This document shows, piece by piece, positions 63,967 through 64,000 of a DNA stretch of 64,000 bases. The translations under genes were made by a program, and so were the position numbers. Position 1 is the first letter of the stretch. Each line of letters begins with the position of its first letter. The notes beneath the pieces are model-generated. The model did no database searches and was not told the origin of the DNA. It saw only the letters and a list, made by a program, of their open reading frames with translations. The DNA comes from Chitinophagales bacterium. GTDB taxonomy: Bacteria > Bacteroidota > Bacteroidia > Chitinophagales > BACL12. The stretch is taken from contig JBGSYF010000017.1 of assembly GCA_041751015.1 (NCBI GenBank), forward strand, positions 4,913-68,912, in the 5' to 3' direction.

Positions 63967-64000
63967 TCCAGCTTGATGCTGCTGTTTTTACCGGAGAACA

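Noticed and set aside
1-64000. Search for CRISPR arrays, tRNA/rRNA genes, transposases/integrases, IS inverted repeats, toxin-antitoxin or known defence genes
   Set aside because: I recognised none by eye in any intergenic region or ORF translation. A computational scan (tRNAscan-SE, Infernal/Rfam, ISfinder, DefenseFinder) would be needed to make this definitive.
63967-64000. Possible 3' end of another minus-strand gene (frame ending ...VLR-stop at 63988) at the right edge
   Set aside because: Only about 13 nt of potential coding sequence lie inside the window, too little to support a feature.

Overview
The window reads as a chromosomal segment from a Bacteroidota genome, possibly a Saprospiria/Cytophagia-like lineage. 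Supporting evidence: gldA-gldF-gldG, three proteins with T9SS C-terminal sorting domains, the DUF6089-uppS-bamA-ompH-ompH-murI block, and TAnnTTTG -7 promoter boxes. About 60 CDS are packed tightly. Most are housekeeping: carB, nadK, uppS, bamA, murI, uvrA, recA, glycyl-tRNA synthetase, dnaN, cysH, ferritin, the C-terminal subunit of a split transketolase, and an ECF sigma factor. I recognised no rRNA, tRNA, CRISPR array, transposase, integrase or known defence genes. Many long antisense ORFs in the track are GC-driven shadow ORFs. I do not see a convincing new multi-gene system, and the window looks largely ordinary. The most interesting leads are modest: (1) a ferritin unit with a translationally coupled mini-lipoprotein ORF and a polytopic membrane protein carrying two HxxxE motifs; (2) a membrane-tethered LytTR regulator followed by a perfect 12-bp direct repeat at 20-bp phasing; (3) a 108-aa, almost entirely hydrophilic, disordered-looking ORF with its own terminator; (4) an uncharacterised lipoprotein plus beta-barrel operon behind a long structured leader; (5) a SulP transporter fused to a beta-carbonic-anhydrase-like domain that lacks one zinc-ligand Cys; (6) an orphan intrinsic terminator between uvrA and the sigma gene; (7) a perfect DnaA box upstream of dnaN; (8) a compositional mosaic, with the left ~8 kb and a few other genes at lower GC. 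All coordinates, motifs and hairpins were read by hand. Family assignments come from recognised motifs, not database searches.
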